The notes: generated by a model not told the origin, from the sequence alone. A stretch of DNA of 64,000 nucleotides from Vicinamibacterales bacterium (GCA_041394725.1 JAWKHR010000036.1:996-64995), one strand, 5' to 3'; shown: positions 26,490 to 35,989, numbered from the stretch's first letter. Made by a program: numbers and translations.

Positions 26490-27806
26490 TCACTTCTGCA
26501 CGAAGTACGTCCAGCCGCGCGTCCAGTCGTCGGTCACGTTCGGGCCCATCGCGCCGAGGAACAGGGCGACGTCGAAGAAGCCGTCGGCGGGCGGGATGGC
26601 CGGCGCCTGCGTCAGCGCGGGCGAGCCCGGCATCGGACGGAAGTCCGGCGCGGTCAGGTTGAACGGCGCGACGAGCATCGGATCCACCTGCGTGACGGTG
26701 CCGCCGGCGTTGGCGATGAGCGGCGCGGCCAGGCTGTTCCACGGGCTGTTGTTGCCGAAGATGATGCCGTGGGTCGTCTGGAGCGTGCCGAGCGTGATCT
26801 GCTCCTGCGTCGAGGTGTTGCGGACGTCGATCGCGTCGCTGCGCCAGCCCATCAGGATGAAGTTCCGGATGATGCCGGCCGTGCCCTCCCGCAGGCGCAT
26901 GCCGTCGGTGCCTTCCGGCCCGTAGGCGCTGGTGCGATCGCCCACGAAGGTGACGTTGTAGACCTGGGGCGCCGATCGGGGCAGCAGGTCGTTGTTGTTG
27001 CCGTTGTTGTCCGCCTCGATGCCGTTGTCCGCGTCGTCGCCGCGCTGGAGGACGATCCCGAACTGGAGGCGCCCGCGCCAGCCGAAGGTCCAGTCGAAGT
27101 TGTCGTCACCGCTGTTGGTCAGGATCACGTGCTTGGCGTCCACGGCGCCGCCGAAGAACTCCATCCCGTCGTCCTTGTTCATGTGGACCTGGATGTGATC
27201 GACGACGGTGCCGCGCCCGACGGCCTGGAACGCGATGCCGTTCAGCTCGTTGTCCGGGCTGAACTCGATGCCGGCGAACTCGACGCGGACGTACTGCAGG
27301 ATGCCGGAACTGTCGTCGTCGTTGGTGCCGCCGTACTGGCCCGTGGAGCCCTCGCCGATGCCGACGCCGCCGGGCAGGTTGACCCGCGCTCGGCCGTTGA
27401 GGATCAGGCCGCCCCAGTCACCGCGGTTGCGGAAGCCGACCGGCTGATCGGACGTCATCACGATGGGCTGGGCCGCCGTGCCGATCGCGATGATCTGCGC
27501 GCCGCGCTCGATGACGAGCGTGCCGCGGGTCGCCGTTTCGCCGATGACCTTCGTGCCGGACTCGATCGTGAGCCGCGAGGGCTCGCCGAAGAAGACCGCG
27601 CCGCGGATCACCCAGTAGGTGTCGCGCGTGAAGGTCACGTTCTGCGTGAAGCGCCCGCGGACGACGCGGACCGGCTTGTCGATGCCGGGCACGGTGCGCG
27701 GCGAGCTGATCTGGCCCGCCTGCGTGTAGACCGTCGCCTGCTGCCAGGACATGACGGTGGCGATGGCGACCGCCATCGCGAGGCTGAGTTTCACGAGATT
27801 CCGCAT
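26490..27806 (-). CDS. Secreted protein of unknown function, predicted parallel beta-helix-like repeats
   Basis: Signal peptide. Repetitive G/N/D-rich beta-strand pattern (DDGMEFFGG, DDNFDW, NGIEADNN). Starts 13 nt after the TonB receptor stop. Confidence 0.6.
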   Translation of the reverse strand: MRNLVKLSLAMAVAIATVMSWQQATVYTQAGQISSPRTVPGIDKPVRVVRGRFTQNVTFTRDTYWVIRGAVFFGEPSRLTIESGTKVIGETATRGTLVIERGAQIIAIGTAAQPIVMTSDQPVGFRNRGDWGGLILNGRARVNLPGGVGIGEGSTGQYGGTNDDDSSGILQYVRVEFAGIEFSPDNELNGIAFQAVGRGTVVDHIQVHMNKDDGMEFFGGAVDAKHVILTNSGDDNFDWTFGWRGRLQFGIVLQRGDDADNGIEADNNGNNNDLLPRSAPQVYNVTFVGDRTSAYGPEGTDGMRLREGTAGIIRNFILMGWRSDAIDVRNTSTQEQITLGTLQTTHGIIFGNNSPWNSLAAPLIANAGGTVTQVDPMLVAPFNLTAPDFRPMPGSPALTQAPAIPPADGFFDVALFLGAMGPNVTDDWTRGWTYFVQK

Positions 27807-27819
27807 GAGGACGTGTCTC

Positions 27820-30564
27820 CTAGAAGCCGATGAAGCCGAACTGGAACTGGATGACGCGGCCCAGCGTGAACTCGCGCTGGGTCAGGCCGCCCTGGCTGAA
27901 CCGCACCGGCCGGTTGCCGAGGTTCTCGGCCGTGAACCGCACGTTGAACCGCTGGTGCAGCCGCGCCGAGACGACGAGGTCCACCGTGGCCCGGCCGTCC
28001 TCGTAGATGTCCGGCAGGCCCAGCGACCCGACGTCCGCGATCCGCTCGCCCTGGTAGTTGACGAGCAGGCGCGCCGACGCGCGGTCGTTGAACACCTCGA
28101 AGACGCTGTTGAAGAGGTGCTTCGACGTGCCGGCCAGCGGCCGCTCGAGCGAGGTCAGGACGTTCGTCTGGAACGACTCGAGCGTGATGCTCGAATCGAC
28201 GAAGGTGTAGTTGCCGCCGACCATGAAGTGCTCGGCCACCTGCTTCCGCGCTTCCAGCTCGATCCCGACGTTCCGGGCCGACTTCGCGTTCGTGTAGGAC
28301 GTCCGGAGCTGCGCGGTCGGCTCGACGAACCGCTCGATCGGCTTGTCGAACGCCTTGAAGAACACGCTCGCCGCCACGACCTCGGTCGCGCCCGGGAACC
28401 ATTCCCAGCGCGCGTCCACGTTGCGGATGAGCGACCGCTCCAGGTCCGGGTTGCCGACCGTCGCGCGGCCGCCCACGATGTCGGTGAACTCGAACGGCGA
28501 CAGCTCGCGGAACTCCGGGCGGTTGACCGTCTGGCTGAAGCCCACCCGGAAATTCTGGTTGCCGCCGAGGTCCTGCACGAAGTTCACCGACGGGAAGACG
28601 TCGGTGCTCCTGATTTCACCGCGGATGAGCTCCGGGTCGTCGCCCAGGTCCACCGCGAACAGGTCCTGCGTGTCCACGGTCTGGCGGAAGTTCTCGACGC
28701 GGACGCCCGCGATGAGCCGCGCGCGCGAGGTCAGCGACAGGTCCACCATGCCGTAGCCGGCGCCCACGCGCTGCTCGGCGGAGTAGAAGTCGGTGGCGCG
28801 GGTCTCCTCGCGCAGCTCGAAGTGCGTGCCGATGTTGGCGGGCGAGTAGAGCGCTTCGGGGCCGGGCGTCAGGTCGAAGCGGACGACGTCGATCGGCACG
28901 AGCCGGAAGCGGCGCGACGAGAAGTCGCGTTGCCGGCGCGAGACGGCCGGGCCGAACTTCACCTGCATCGGCAGGCCGTGGATGCCCGCGAACGCCGCGC
29001 TCCAGTTGAGCGTGAAGTCCCACGCGTCCTCGTCGAGCGCGTTGAACATGTGGAGGCCGCTCTGCGACTCGTCCGCGAGCTGGTACTCGCCCGAGATCTC
29101 CTCGTAGAGGGTTTCGCGCATGTCCGGCTCGTCACGCGTGGACTTCGCGTAGGAGAGCCGCCACTCGACCCGGCTGTTCGACGCGCCGGGCACGTAGTGG
29201 TCGCCCCCGAACTGGACCGACCGCAGGCCCTCCTCGAGCCGCAGCAGCCGGGCGTTGCGCAGGTTGCGCGACGCGTCGGAGTTGAAGCCCTCGAACGTGC
29301 GCGCCTCGCGGCGCACCTTGTTCGAGGTGAACGTCTGGAGCGTCAGCCGGTGCGACGGGCTGAACGCATAGCCCACGTTCGCCAGCGCCGACGACGAGCC
29401 CGTGGCCGCGCCGACCCGGTAGTCGTAGGTCGAGAACTCGGTGAGCTGCCCGGAGCTGTCCGTCCGGTAGTAGTTCTGCGCCTCGTCCTGGTAGTCGTGC
29501 TTGTAGGACTGGTTGAAGCCCAGCGAGAGGCCGAACTTGCCCCAGCGGTTGCCGTAGGTGCCGCTCAGCGCCTGGTAGGGCCCGCCGCTCTCGGCCAGGG
29601 GCGTCCACGCGTTGGGCAGCTCCTCGGCGAAGTGCTTCAGTTCCAGCTGGCTGACGCCGAGTTCCGGCGTGAACAGGCCGCCGCGCGTGACCCGGCGGCT
29701 CGGGAAATCGCCCGGCAGCGCGAGGTCGCCGTCGGCCAGACCGAGCCAGTCGCTGCCGCCGCTGTCGAAGTCGATCACGTCCTGGCCCCAGGCCTGGCTG
29801 TTGCCGCCAAAGCCGTAGGAGACGTTGGCCAGCTGCCGCGACGGCAGCCGCGTCGGCACGATCTCGACCAGGCCGCCCGCGAATTCGGCCGACCGGTCCG
29901 GCGTGTAGCTCTTGACGACCGTCACGCTGTCGAGCAGGCCCGCCGGGAACATGTCGAGCGAGACCACCTTCTTCTCCGGCTCGGTCGAGGGCAGGATCGA
30001 GCCGTTCAAGGTCGTGTTGCTGTAGCGCTCGCCGAGGCCGCGGACGAAGACGTACTGGTCGCCGACGACCGACAGCCCGGTCACGCGTGCCAGCGCGGAC
30101 GCCGCGTTCGAGTCGGCGTTGGCCTTCATTTCCTGCCCGCCGAGGTTGTCGGTGATCGCGTTCGACCGGCGCCGCTCGAGGAGCTGCGCCGCCAGGCTGG
30201 AGGTCTCGGCGTCCACGGTCTGGCCCGTGACGGTGATCTCCTCGGAGAACCCGGCCAGCGCCAGCGTGACGTCCACGGTCCGCACGACGTCAGCCGCGAC
30301 GTCGACGTCCACCGTCCGGTCGTCGAAGCTGGGCATCGTGACCTTGATCTGCTGCTTGCCCAGCGGCAGGGTCAGGGCATAACGACCGTCGATGTCGGTG
30401 TAGACCACCGTCGGCGTGCCGACCACCGAGACGGTGACACCAGGCAGCGGCTGCCCCTGGACGGCGTCGAGGACGCGGCCCGTGATGCGCCCGGTCGTCT
30501 GGGCGAGGGCAGGGGTGCCCAGGGCGAGAACACACAGCGCCAGGGCGAGGCGGCGAAGAAACAT
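27820..30564 (-). CDS. TonB-dependent receptor with N-terminal CarboxypepD_reg domain
   Basis: Signal peptide, CarboxypepD_reg domain (GRITGRVLDAVQGQPLPGVTVSV), plug, a long barrel and a terminal F (GFIGF). Confidence 0.9.
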   Translation of the reverse strand: MFLRRLALALCVLALGTPALAQTTGRITGRVLDAVQGQPLPGVTVSVVGTPTVVYTDIDGRYALTLPLGKQQIKVTMPSFDDRTVDVDVAADVVRTVDVTLALAGFSEEITVTGQTVDAETSSLAAQLLERRRSNAITDNLGGQEMKANADSNAASALARVTGLSVVGDQYVFVRGLGERYSNTTLNGSILPSTEPEKKVVSLDMFPAGLLDSVTVVKSYTPDRSAEFAGGLVEIVPTRLPSRQLANVSYGFGGNSQAWGQDVIDFDSGGSDWLGLADGDLALPGDFPSRRVTRGGLFTPELGVSQLELKHFAEELPNAWTPLAESGGPYQALSGTYGNRWGKFGLSLGFNQSYKHDYQDEAQNYYRTDSSGQLTEFSTYDYRVGAATGSSSALANVGYAFSPSHRLTLQTFTSNKVRREARTFEGFNSDASRNLRNARLLRLEEGLRSVQFGGDHYVPGASNSRVEWRLSYAKSTRDEPDMRETLYEEISGEYQLADESQSGLHMFNALDEDAWDFTLNWSAAFAGIHGLPMQVKFGPAVSRRQRDFSSRRFRLVPIDVVRFDLTPGPEALYSPANIGTHFELREETRATDFYSAEQRVGAGYGMVDLSLTSRARLIAGVRVENFRQTVDTQDLFAVDLGDDPELIRGEIRSTDVFPSVNFVQDLGGNQNFRVGFSQTVNRPEFRELSPFEFTDIVGGRATVGNPDLERSLIRNVDARWEWFPGATEVVAASVFFKAFDKPIERFVEPTAQLRTSYTNAKSARNVGIELEARKQVAEHFMVGGNYTFVDSSITLESFQTNVLTSLERPLAGTSKHLFNSVFEVFNDRASARLLVNYQGERIADVGSLGLPDIYEDGRATVDLVVSARLHQRFNVRFTAENLGNRPVRFSQGGLTQREFTLGRVIQFQFGFIGF

Positions 30565-30664
30565 GAGCTCGGACCTCCGTGATGGGTAACCCGCCCGCGC
30601 GCGGACGGACGGTCATGACGCCTGCCAGCGTAGGGAGGCCCTGTGATCCACCCGCGACGGCTGC

Positions 30665-30682
30665 GTTAACGGAGCGTTAATT
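30665..30682. promoter_or_regulatory. Pho-box-like site GTTAACG-GAGC-GTTAATT in the divergent TBDR / DUF47-pit region
   Basis: 7+4+7 direct repeat. Because of the TTAA core it reads similarly on both strands (ATTAACG-CTCC-GTTAACG). Confidence 0.45.
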
Positions 30683-30737
30683 GCCAGGCCGGCGCGCGGG
30701 ACGTACGGGGCAGATGCCTGCGATCCGTCACGGTGTC

Positions 30738-30755
30738 GTTACAGTTTGTTTGCTA
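30738..30755 (+). promoter_or_regulatory. Weaker Pho-box-like site GTTACAG-TTTG-TTTGCTA overlapping a TATCAT -10-like hexamer
   Basis: The first half-site is good and the second is degenerate. TATCAT lies at 30754-30759, about 45 nt upstream of the GTG at 30805. Confidence 0.3.
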
Positions 30756-30804
30756 TCATTTCGCCCCGTCGGGCCCGCGTCGGCCCCGGCAGGGAGCCGT
30801 TGCC

Positions 30805-31422
30805 GTGCGCTTCAGCCTGATTCCCCGGGACGAGCAGTTCTTCGCGCTGTACCGCGCGGTCACGAACGAGATCCGCCAGGCGTCCCTGACGCTCGAGGCC
30901 ATGTTCGCGGTGGAGCCGCCGGACCCGTCGAAGGCGGCCCTGCTCAAGGACGCCGAGCACCGCTGCGACACCCTCACGCACGACACGATCCAGCGCCTGC
31001 ACCGGACGTTCATCACGCCGTTCGACCGGGAGGACCTCTACGCCCTGGCGACGTCGCTCGACAACGTGATGGACACGATCGACCACGCGGCCTCGCTCGT
31101 CGCGCTCTACCGCATCACCACCCTGCCGCCGGGCGCGCGCGAGCTGGCGCACACGGTGACGCAGTCGGCCGAGCGCCTGCACCTGGCGCTCGAGGCGCTG
31201 GCCGAACGGAAGCCGGTGCAGCCGCACGCGGTCGAGATCAACCGGCTGGAGAACGAGGCGGACCACGCCTACCAGGAAGCGGTGCGCCGGCTGTTCGACA
31301 CGGTGACGGACCCGATCCTCCTGATCAAGTGGAAGGACCTGCTCGACGAGCTCGAGCGGATCACCGACTGCTGCGAGGACGTCGCGAACGTCATCGAAGG
31401 CGTCGTCGTCAAGCACGGCTGA
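30805..31422 (+). CDS. DUF47-family (PhoU-like) phosphate transport regulator
   Basis: Starts VRFSLIPRDEQFF with a GGGAG RBS. Helical PhoU-like repeats. Sits immediately upstream of a PiT transporter, the classical pairing. Confidence 0.8.
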   Translation: MRFSLIPRDEQFFALYRAVTNEIRQASLTLEAMFAVEPPDPSKAALLKDAEHRCDTLTHDTIQRLHRTFITPFDREDLYALATSLDNVMDTIDHAASLVALYRITTLPPGARELAHTVTQSAERLHLALEALAERKPVQPHAVEINRLENEADHAYQEAVRRLFDTVTDPILLIKWKDLLDELERITDCCEDVANVIEGVVVKHG

Positions 31423-31423
31423 C

Positions 31424-32428
31424 GTGATGGACCACGCGCTCCTCACGATCATCGCGATCATCGTCGTCGCGCTCGTCTTCGACTACATCAACGGCTTCCA
31501 CGACGCGGCGAACTCGATCGCGACCGTCGTGTCCACGCGCGTCCTGTCGCCGGGGCAGGCCGTGGCGTGGGCCGCGTTCTTCAACTTCGTGGCGGCGTTC
31601 GGGTTCGGGACCGCGGTGGCGAAGACGGTCGGGTCGGGCATGATCGACCTGGCGTTCGTGACCTACGCGGTGATCCTCGGCGGGCTGGTCGGCGCCATCG
31701 CGTGGAACCTGATCACGTGGTACTTCGGCCTGCCGACCAGCTCGTCGCACGCGCTGTTCGGGGGCTACGCGGGCGCGGCGGTGGCGCGCTCGGGGTTCCA
31801 GACGATCATCGTCTCGGGCTGGACGAAGACGATCGTCTTCATCGTCGTCGCGCCGCTCGTGGGCCTGGTCGTGGGCCTCGTCGTGATGACGAGCATTTAC
31901 TGGATCTGCCGCGACACCACGCCGGCGCGGGTGGACCGCTGGTTCCGTCGCCTCCAGCTCCTGTCGGCCGCCGCCTTCAGCCTGATGCACGGCGCCAACG
32001 ACGCGCAGAAGACGATGGGCATCATCACGGGCGCGCTCGTCACGGGCGGCTACCTCACGACGTTCGAGGTGCCGTTCTGGGTCGTCATCGCCGCGCACCT
32101 GGCGATCGGCTTCGGCACGCTCTCGGGCGGCTGGCGGATCATCAAGACGATGGGGCAGAAGATCACGAAGCTGCAGCCGGTCGGCGGCTTCGCGGCCGAG
32201 ACCGGCGCGGCCGTGGCGATCTACACGGCCACGGCGCTCGGCGTCGGCATCAGCACCACCCACACGATCACCGGCGCGATCGTCGGCGTCGGCGCGACCC
32301 GCCGGCTGTCGGCCGTGCGCTGGGGGGTGGCCGGGCAGATCGTGTGGGCCTGGGTCCTCACCATCCCGGCGTCGGCCGCGCTCGGCGCGCTGGCCTACGA
32401 GGTGGTGCGCTGGCTGCCGATCGACTGA
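31424..32428 (+). CDS. pit: Inorganic phosphate transporter, PiT family
   Basis: GFHDAANSIATVVSTR and HGANDAQKTMGII duplicated PiT signatures in a multi-TM protein. Confidence 0.9.
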   Translation: MMDHALLTIIAIIVVALVFDYINGFHDAANSIATVVSTRVLSPGQAVAWAAFFNFVAAFGFGTAVAKTVGSGMIDLAFVTYAVILGGLVGAIAWNLITWYFGLPTSSSHALFGGYAGAAVARSGFQTIIVSGWTKTIVFIVVAPLVGLVVGLVVMTSIYWICRDTTPARVDRWFRRLQLLSAAAFSLMHGANDAQKTMGIITGALVTGGYLTTFEVPFWVVIAAHLAIGFGTLSGGWRIIKTMGQKITKLQPVGGFAAETGAAVAIYTATALGVGISTTHTITGAIVGVGATRRLSAVRWGVAGQIVWAWVLTIPASAALGALAYEVVRWLPID

Positions 32429-32456
32429 CGCGCCGGCGGGCCGGTCGCGTGATCCC

Positions 32457-34202
32457 TCAGGCGGCGGGCAGTCGGATGCCCACGATCGCGCCGCCGCCCT
32501 CGCGGTTCTCGGCCCAGGCGCGGCCGCCGTGCAGCTCGACGAGGTGGCGGACGATGGACAGGCCCAGGCCGGTGCCGCCCGGATCGCGCGATCGCGATCG
32601 ATCCACCCGGTAGAACCGCTCGAAGATCCGCGGAAGCTCCGCGTCGGGGATCCCCGAGCCCCGGTCGGCCACCGAGATCTCGATGACGCCGTCGCGCCGC
32701 GACGCGCGGACCTCGATGAGGCCGCCCTCGGGGCTGTAGTGGCTCGCGTTCTCGACCAGGTTGCGCAGGATGTCGTGCAGCTTCGCCGGGTCGGCGTCCA
32801 CGGTCCCGGCGTCCGGGTCGATTCGCAGCTCCACGCGCTGGCGGCGGGCCTGGATCGCCGCCTCCATGTCGTGCTCGACGCCGCGCGCGATCGAGGCGAT
32901 CGTGCACGTCGTCCGCTCGAGCGCCTCCTGCCCGGCGTCGAGGCGCGCCAGCCGCAGCAGGTCGCGCACCAGCCGCTCCATGCGCATCGCGTGGCGGTTG
33001 ATGATCTCGAGGAACTGCGTCGCCTGATCGTCCGCGGGCGGGCCGTCGAGCAGCGCCTCGACGTAGCCGCGGATCGCGGTGAGCGGGGTGCGCAGCTCGT
33101 GCGAGACGTTGGCGACGAAGTCGCGCCGCATCTGGTCGGCGCGGCGCGCCTCGGTCACGTCGTGCAGCACGAGCACCGCGCCGCCGCCGCGCTCGGCCGG
33201 CACCGGGACGACGTTCGAGACGAACGTGCGGCGGCCGCCGCCGTCGAGCTGGACCTCGACCGGCGCCGGCGTCTCCCCGCGCAGCGCCCCGGCGACCTGG
33301 CCGGTGATCGCCGGATCGCGCACGACCTCGACGTACTGGCGGTCCTCGACCGGGTCGGGCAGCCGCAGCATCTGCCGCACGGCCGGGTTGGTCAGGACCA
33401 GGCGGCCGGCGGCGTTGACGAGGACCACGCCCTCGACCATCCCGCCCAGGATCGCGTGCGTGTGCGCGCGATCGCGCGCCATCTCGGCGAGCCGCACGCC
33501 CAGCTGCCGCGCGGTCTGGTCGAGCGTGTTGGCGACCTGTCCGACCTCGTCGCGGCCGTAGTCGCGCGCGGGCAGCGAGAAGTCGCCGTGCCGGTACCGA
33601 TCGGCGGCCGAGACGATGGCCTGGAGCCGGCGGCTGAACGCGAACGACGTGAGCCACGTCAGCAGGAGCGCGACGCCGAGGCCGGCGGCGAGTCCCACGA
33701 GCGAGAGCCGGACGATCGCCGCGAGCCGGCTCGCCACGATGGCGAGCGGGAGCGCGACGCGCACGTAGGCCACCGGGCCGCCGTTCCGGACCGGCACCGC
33801 GGCGTACATCGTGTCCACGCCGGTCGTGTGGCTCAGCCGGCTCGCGACGCCCTCGCCGCGTTCGCGCGCGTCGAGAATCTCGGACCGGGTCGCGTGGTTC
33901 TCGAGCGACGGCAGGTCGGCCGCGGCGACCTCGGAATCCCCGAGCACCCGCCCGTCGGCCGCGACGAACGTGACGCGCCCCCCCACGATCCGCCCGAGTG
34001 CGTCGGCTTCGGCGTCGAGGTCCGCCGCCGGCGGCCGGTTCGCCAGCAGCTCCGCCGACAGGTGCGCGTCGCGGAGCAGCCCGGCCCGGATGTCCTCCTG
34101 CATGGTGCGGCGCGCCGCCGTCGAGACGAGCGACACCGCGACGCCGAGCGCCGCCGCCGTGCCGATCAGCGCGCCGATGAGCGTCCGCGTGCGGTAGGTC
34201 AC
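32457..34202 (-). CDS. phoR: Sensor histidine kinase, PhoR-like (TM-HAMP-PAS-HisKA-HATPase)
   Basis: SHELRTPLTAIRGY H-box plus N, G1 and G2 boxes (NLVENA, DRGSGI, GGTGLGL). The GTG start overlaps the response regulator stop (GTGA). Confidence 0.85.
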   Translation of the reverse strand: MTYRTRTLIGALIGTAAALGVAVSLVSTAARRTMQEDIRAGLLRDAHLSAELLANRPPAADLDAEADALGRIVGGRVTFVAADGRVLGDSEVAAADLPSLENHATRSEILDARERGEGVASRLSHTTGVDTMYAAVPVRNGGPVAYVRVALPLAIVASRLAAIVRLSLVGLAAGLGVALLLTWLTSFAFSRRLQAIVSAADRYRHGDFSLPARDYGRDEVGQVANTLDQTARQLGVRLAEMARDRAHTHAILGGMVEGVVLVNAAGRLVLTNPAVRQMLRLPDPVEDRQYVEVVRDPAITGQVAGALRGETPAPVEVQLDGGGRRTFVSNVVPVPAERGGGAVLVLHDVTEARRADQMRRDFVANVSHELRTPLTAIRGYVEALLDGPPADDQATQFLEIINRHAMRMERLVRDLLRLARLDAGQEALERTTCTIASIARGVEHDMEAAIQARRQRVELRIDPDAGTVDADPAKLHDILRNLVENASHYSPEGGLIEVRASRRDGVIEISVADRGSGIPDAELPRIFERFYRVDRSRSRDPGGTGLGLSIVRHLVELHGGRAWAENREGGGAIVGIRLPAA

Positions 34203-34891
34203 GATGCCGGCGGGGGATCCTCGAGCCGGTACCCGAACTGCTTGACGGTGGTGATCGCCGTGTGGAGCAGCGGCAGCTTCTCGCGCAGGCGCCGCACGTG
34301 GACGTCCACCGTCCGCGTGCCGCCCGTGTACTGGTAGCCCCAGACGTCGGTGAGCAGCACGTCGCGCGACAGCACGCGCCCGCGGTGCTCGATGAGGTAG
34401 CGCAGCAGCAGGAATTCCTTGGCGGTCAGCTTCACGTCGCGGCCGTCCGTCTCGACCAGGTGGCGATCCACGTCCATGACCACCGTGCCGTAGCGCAGCT
34501 GCGTCGGCGGCGCCGCCGGGCGGTCCACGCGGCGCAGGAGCGCCATGGCGCGCGCGACCAGTTCCTTCGGGCTGAAGGGCTTCGTGACGTAGTCGTCGGC
34601 GCCCATCTCGAACCCGCGCAGGCGATCGGACTCCTCGCCGCGCGCGGTCAGCATGATGATCGGCAGCGCCGCGGTCGCCGGATCCTGCCGCAGGGCCTGG
34701 CAGACGAGCAGGCCGTCCATGCCGGGCAGCATGAGGTCGAGGATCACCAGGTCCGGCCGTCGCGTCCGCACCGCGGCCATCACCTCCGACCCCGACGTCA
34801 GCGCGTCGACGGCATGGCCCGCCCGTTCGAAGACGTGCCGGATCAGATCCGCGATGTCCTGATGGTCCTCGACGACGAGCACGCGCGCCAC
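34199..34891 (-). CDS. phoB: OmpR/PhoB-family response regulator, cognate to the adjacent kinase
   Basis: VLVVEDH...DLVILDLMLPGMDG...MLTAR receiver domain plus a winged helix (RTVDVHVRRLREKL...GYRL). Confidence 0.85.
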   Translation of the reverse strand: MARVLVVEDHQDIADLIRHVFERAGHAVDALTSGSEVMAAVRTRRPDLVILDLMLPGMDGLLVCQALRQDPATAALPIIMLTARGEESDRLRGFEMGADDYVTKPFSPKELVARAMALLRRVDRPAAPPTQLRYGTVVMDVDRHLVETDGRDVKLTAKEFLLLRYLIEHRGRVLSRDVLLTDVWGYQYTGGTRTVDVHVRRLREKLPLLHTAITTVKQFGYRLEDPPPAS

Positions 34892-34957
34892 GGCAGCATC
34901 TTATATGGAGACGCCGCGCCCGCGGCGACACCCGCGACCGTCTGGTAAGCTGACCGC

Positions 34958-35989
34958 ATGCCTGCCCGGCGATGGCTCGTGACGACGATGGCCGCGGCCG
35001 CGCTCGGCGCCGCCGTGACCGCGGCGCCCCCCGTCCAGGTGGACGTGACGCGCCTCGGGCCGCAGGTGGGCGACCGGGTCGCCGACTTCCAGCTGGTGGA
35101 CGCGGCCGGGCGTCCGCAGTCGATTCGATCGGCCGCCGGCCCGAAGGGCACGATGCTCGTGTTCTTCCGGTCGGCCGACTGGTGACCGTACTGCCGCACG
35201 CAGCTGGTCGAGCTGCAACGCAATCTTCCGGTGATCCGGCGCGAGGGCTACGGGCTCCTCGCGCTGAGCTACGACAGTCCGGAGACGCTCCGCGCCTTCG
35301 CCGCGCGGCACGGGATCACGTTCCCGCTCGTGCCGGACCCGGGGTCGAAGACGATCGACGCCTGGGGCCTCCGCAACGAGGCCGCGCGCGGCCGCGAGGC
35401 GGGCATCCCGCATCCGGGCACGTTCATCATCGACCGCGACCTCCGCGTGGTCGAGCGCGCCTTCGAGCAGTCGTACCAGAACCGCGCGACCGCGGCCGGG
35501 CTGCTCGCGCGGCTCGGCGCGACGGTCGCGCCGAAGTCACCGACCGACGTCGCCGGCGGCCAGCTCTCGGTGAAGCTCGGCGTCAGCGACGCCACCGCCG
35601 CGCCCGGCGAGAAGTTCTCGCTCCTGCTCGACGTGACCCCGAAGCCGAAGATGCACGTCTACGCGCCGGGGCAGCCGGGCTACATCCCGATCGCGCTCAC
35701 GCTCGACCCGACCGGCGAGTTCACCGCCGGCGAGACGCGGTATCCGACACCCGGGACGTATTTCTTCGCGCCGCTGAACGAGACCGTCAAGGTCTACGGC
35801 GAGCCGTTCCGGCTGACGCGCGACGTCACGCTGGCGCTGACGCCGGAATTCCGGCGCCGGGCGGCCGCGCGCGAGACGCTCGTCATCACCGGGTCGCTCG
35901 AGTACCAGGCGTGCGACGACGCGGTCTGCTACCGGTCGGAGACCCTGCCGGTGGCCTGGTCGGTCGCCCTCACGCCGTTCATCCGCTGA
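34958..35989 (+). CDS. Secreted peroxiredoxin-like (AhpC/TSA-redoxin) / DsbD-N-terminal-like fusion with an in-frame TGA (35183-35185) at the active-site Cys position; candidate selenoprotein
   Basis: ORFs 34958..35185 and 35231..35989 are in the same frame. The junction reads FFRSADW-TGA-PYCRTQL, where this family has WCPYC. The C-terminal domain ends YQACDDAVCY (DsbD-alpha/DsbC-like). Confidence 0.6.
35200..35216 (+). promoter_or_regulatory. Candidate bacterial SECIS hairpin GCAGCU-GGUCG-AGCUGC
   Basis: 6-bp perfect stem with a 5-nt loop containing GGU, starting 14 nt after the UGA. Confidence 0.35.

Noticed and set aside
34958-35989. Treating 34958..35185 and 35231..35989 as two independent genes, or as a simple nonsense pseudogene.
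   Set aside because: The break falls inside a thioredoxin-fold active-site motif (W-x-PYC). The downstream ORF has no plausible own start or RBS, and both parts share the frame. The pseudogene alternative is kept as the refutation case of the selenoprotein finding.
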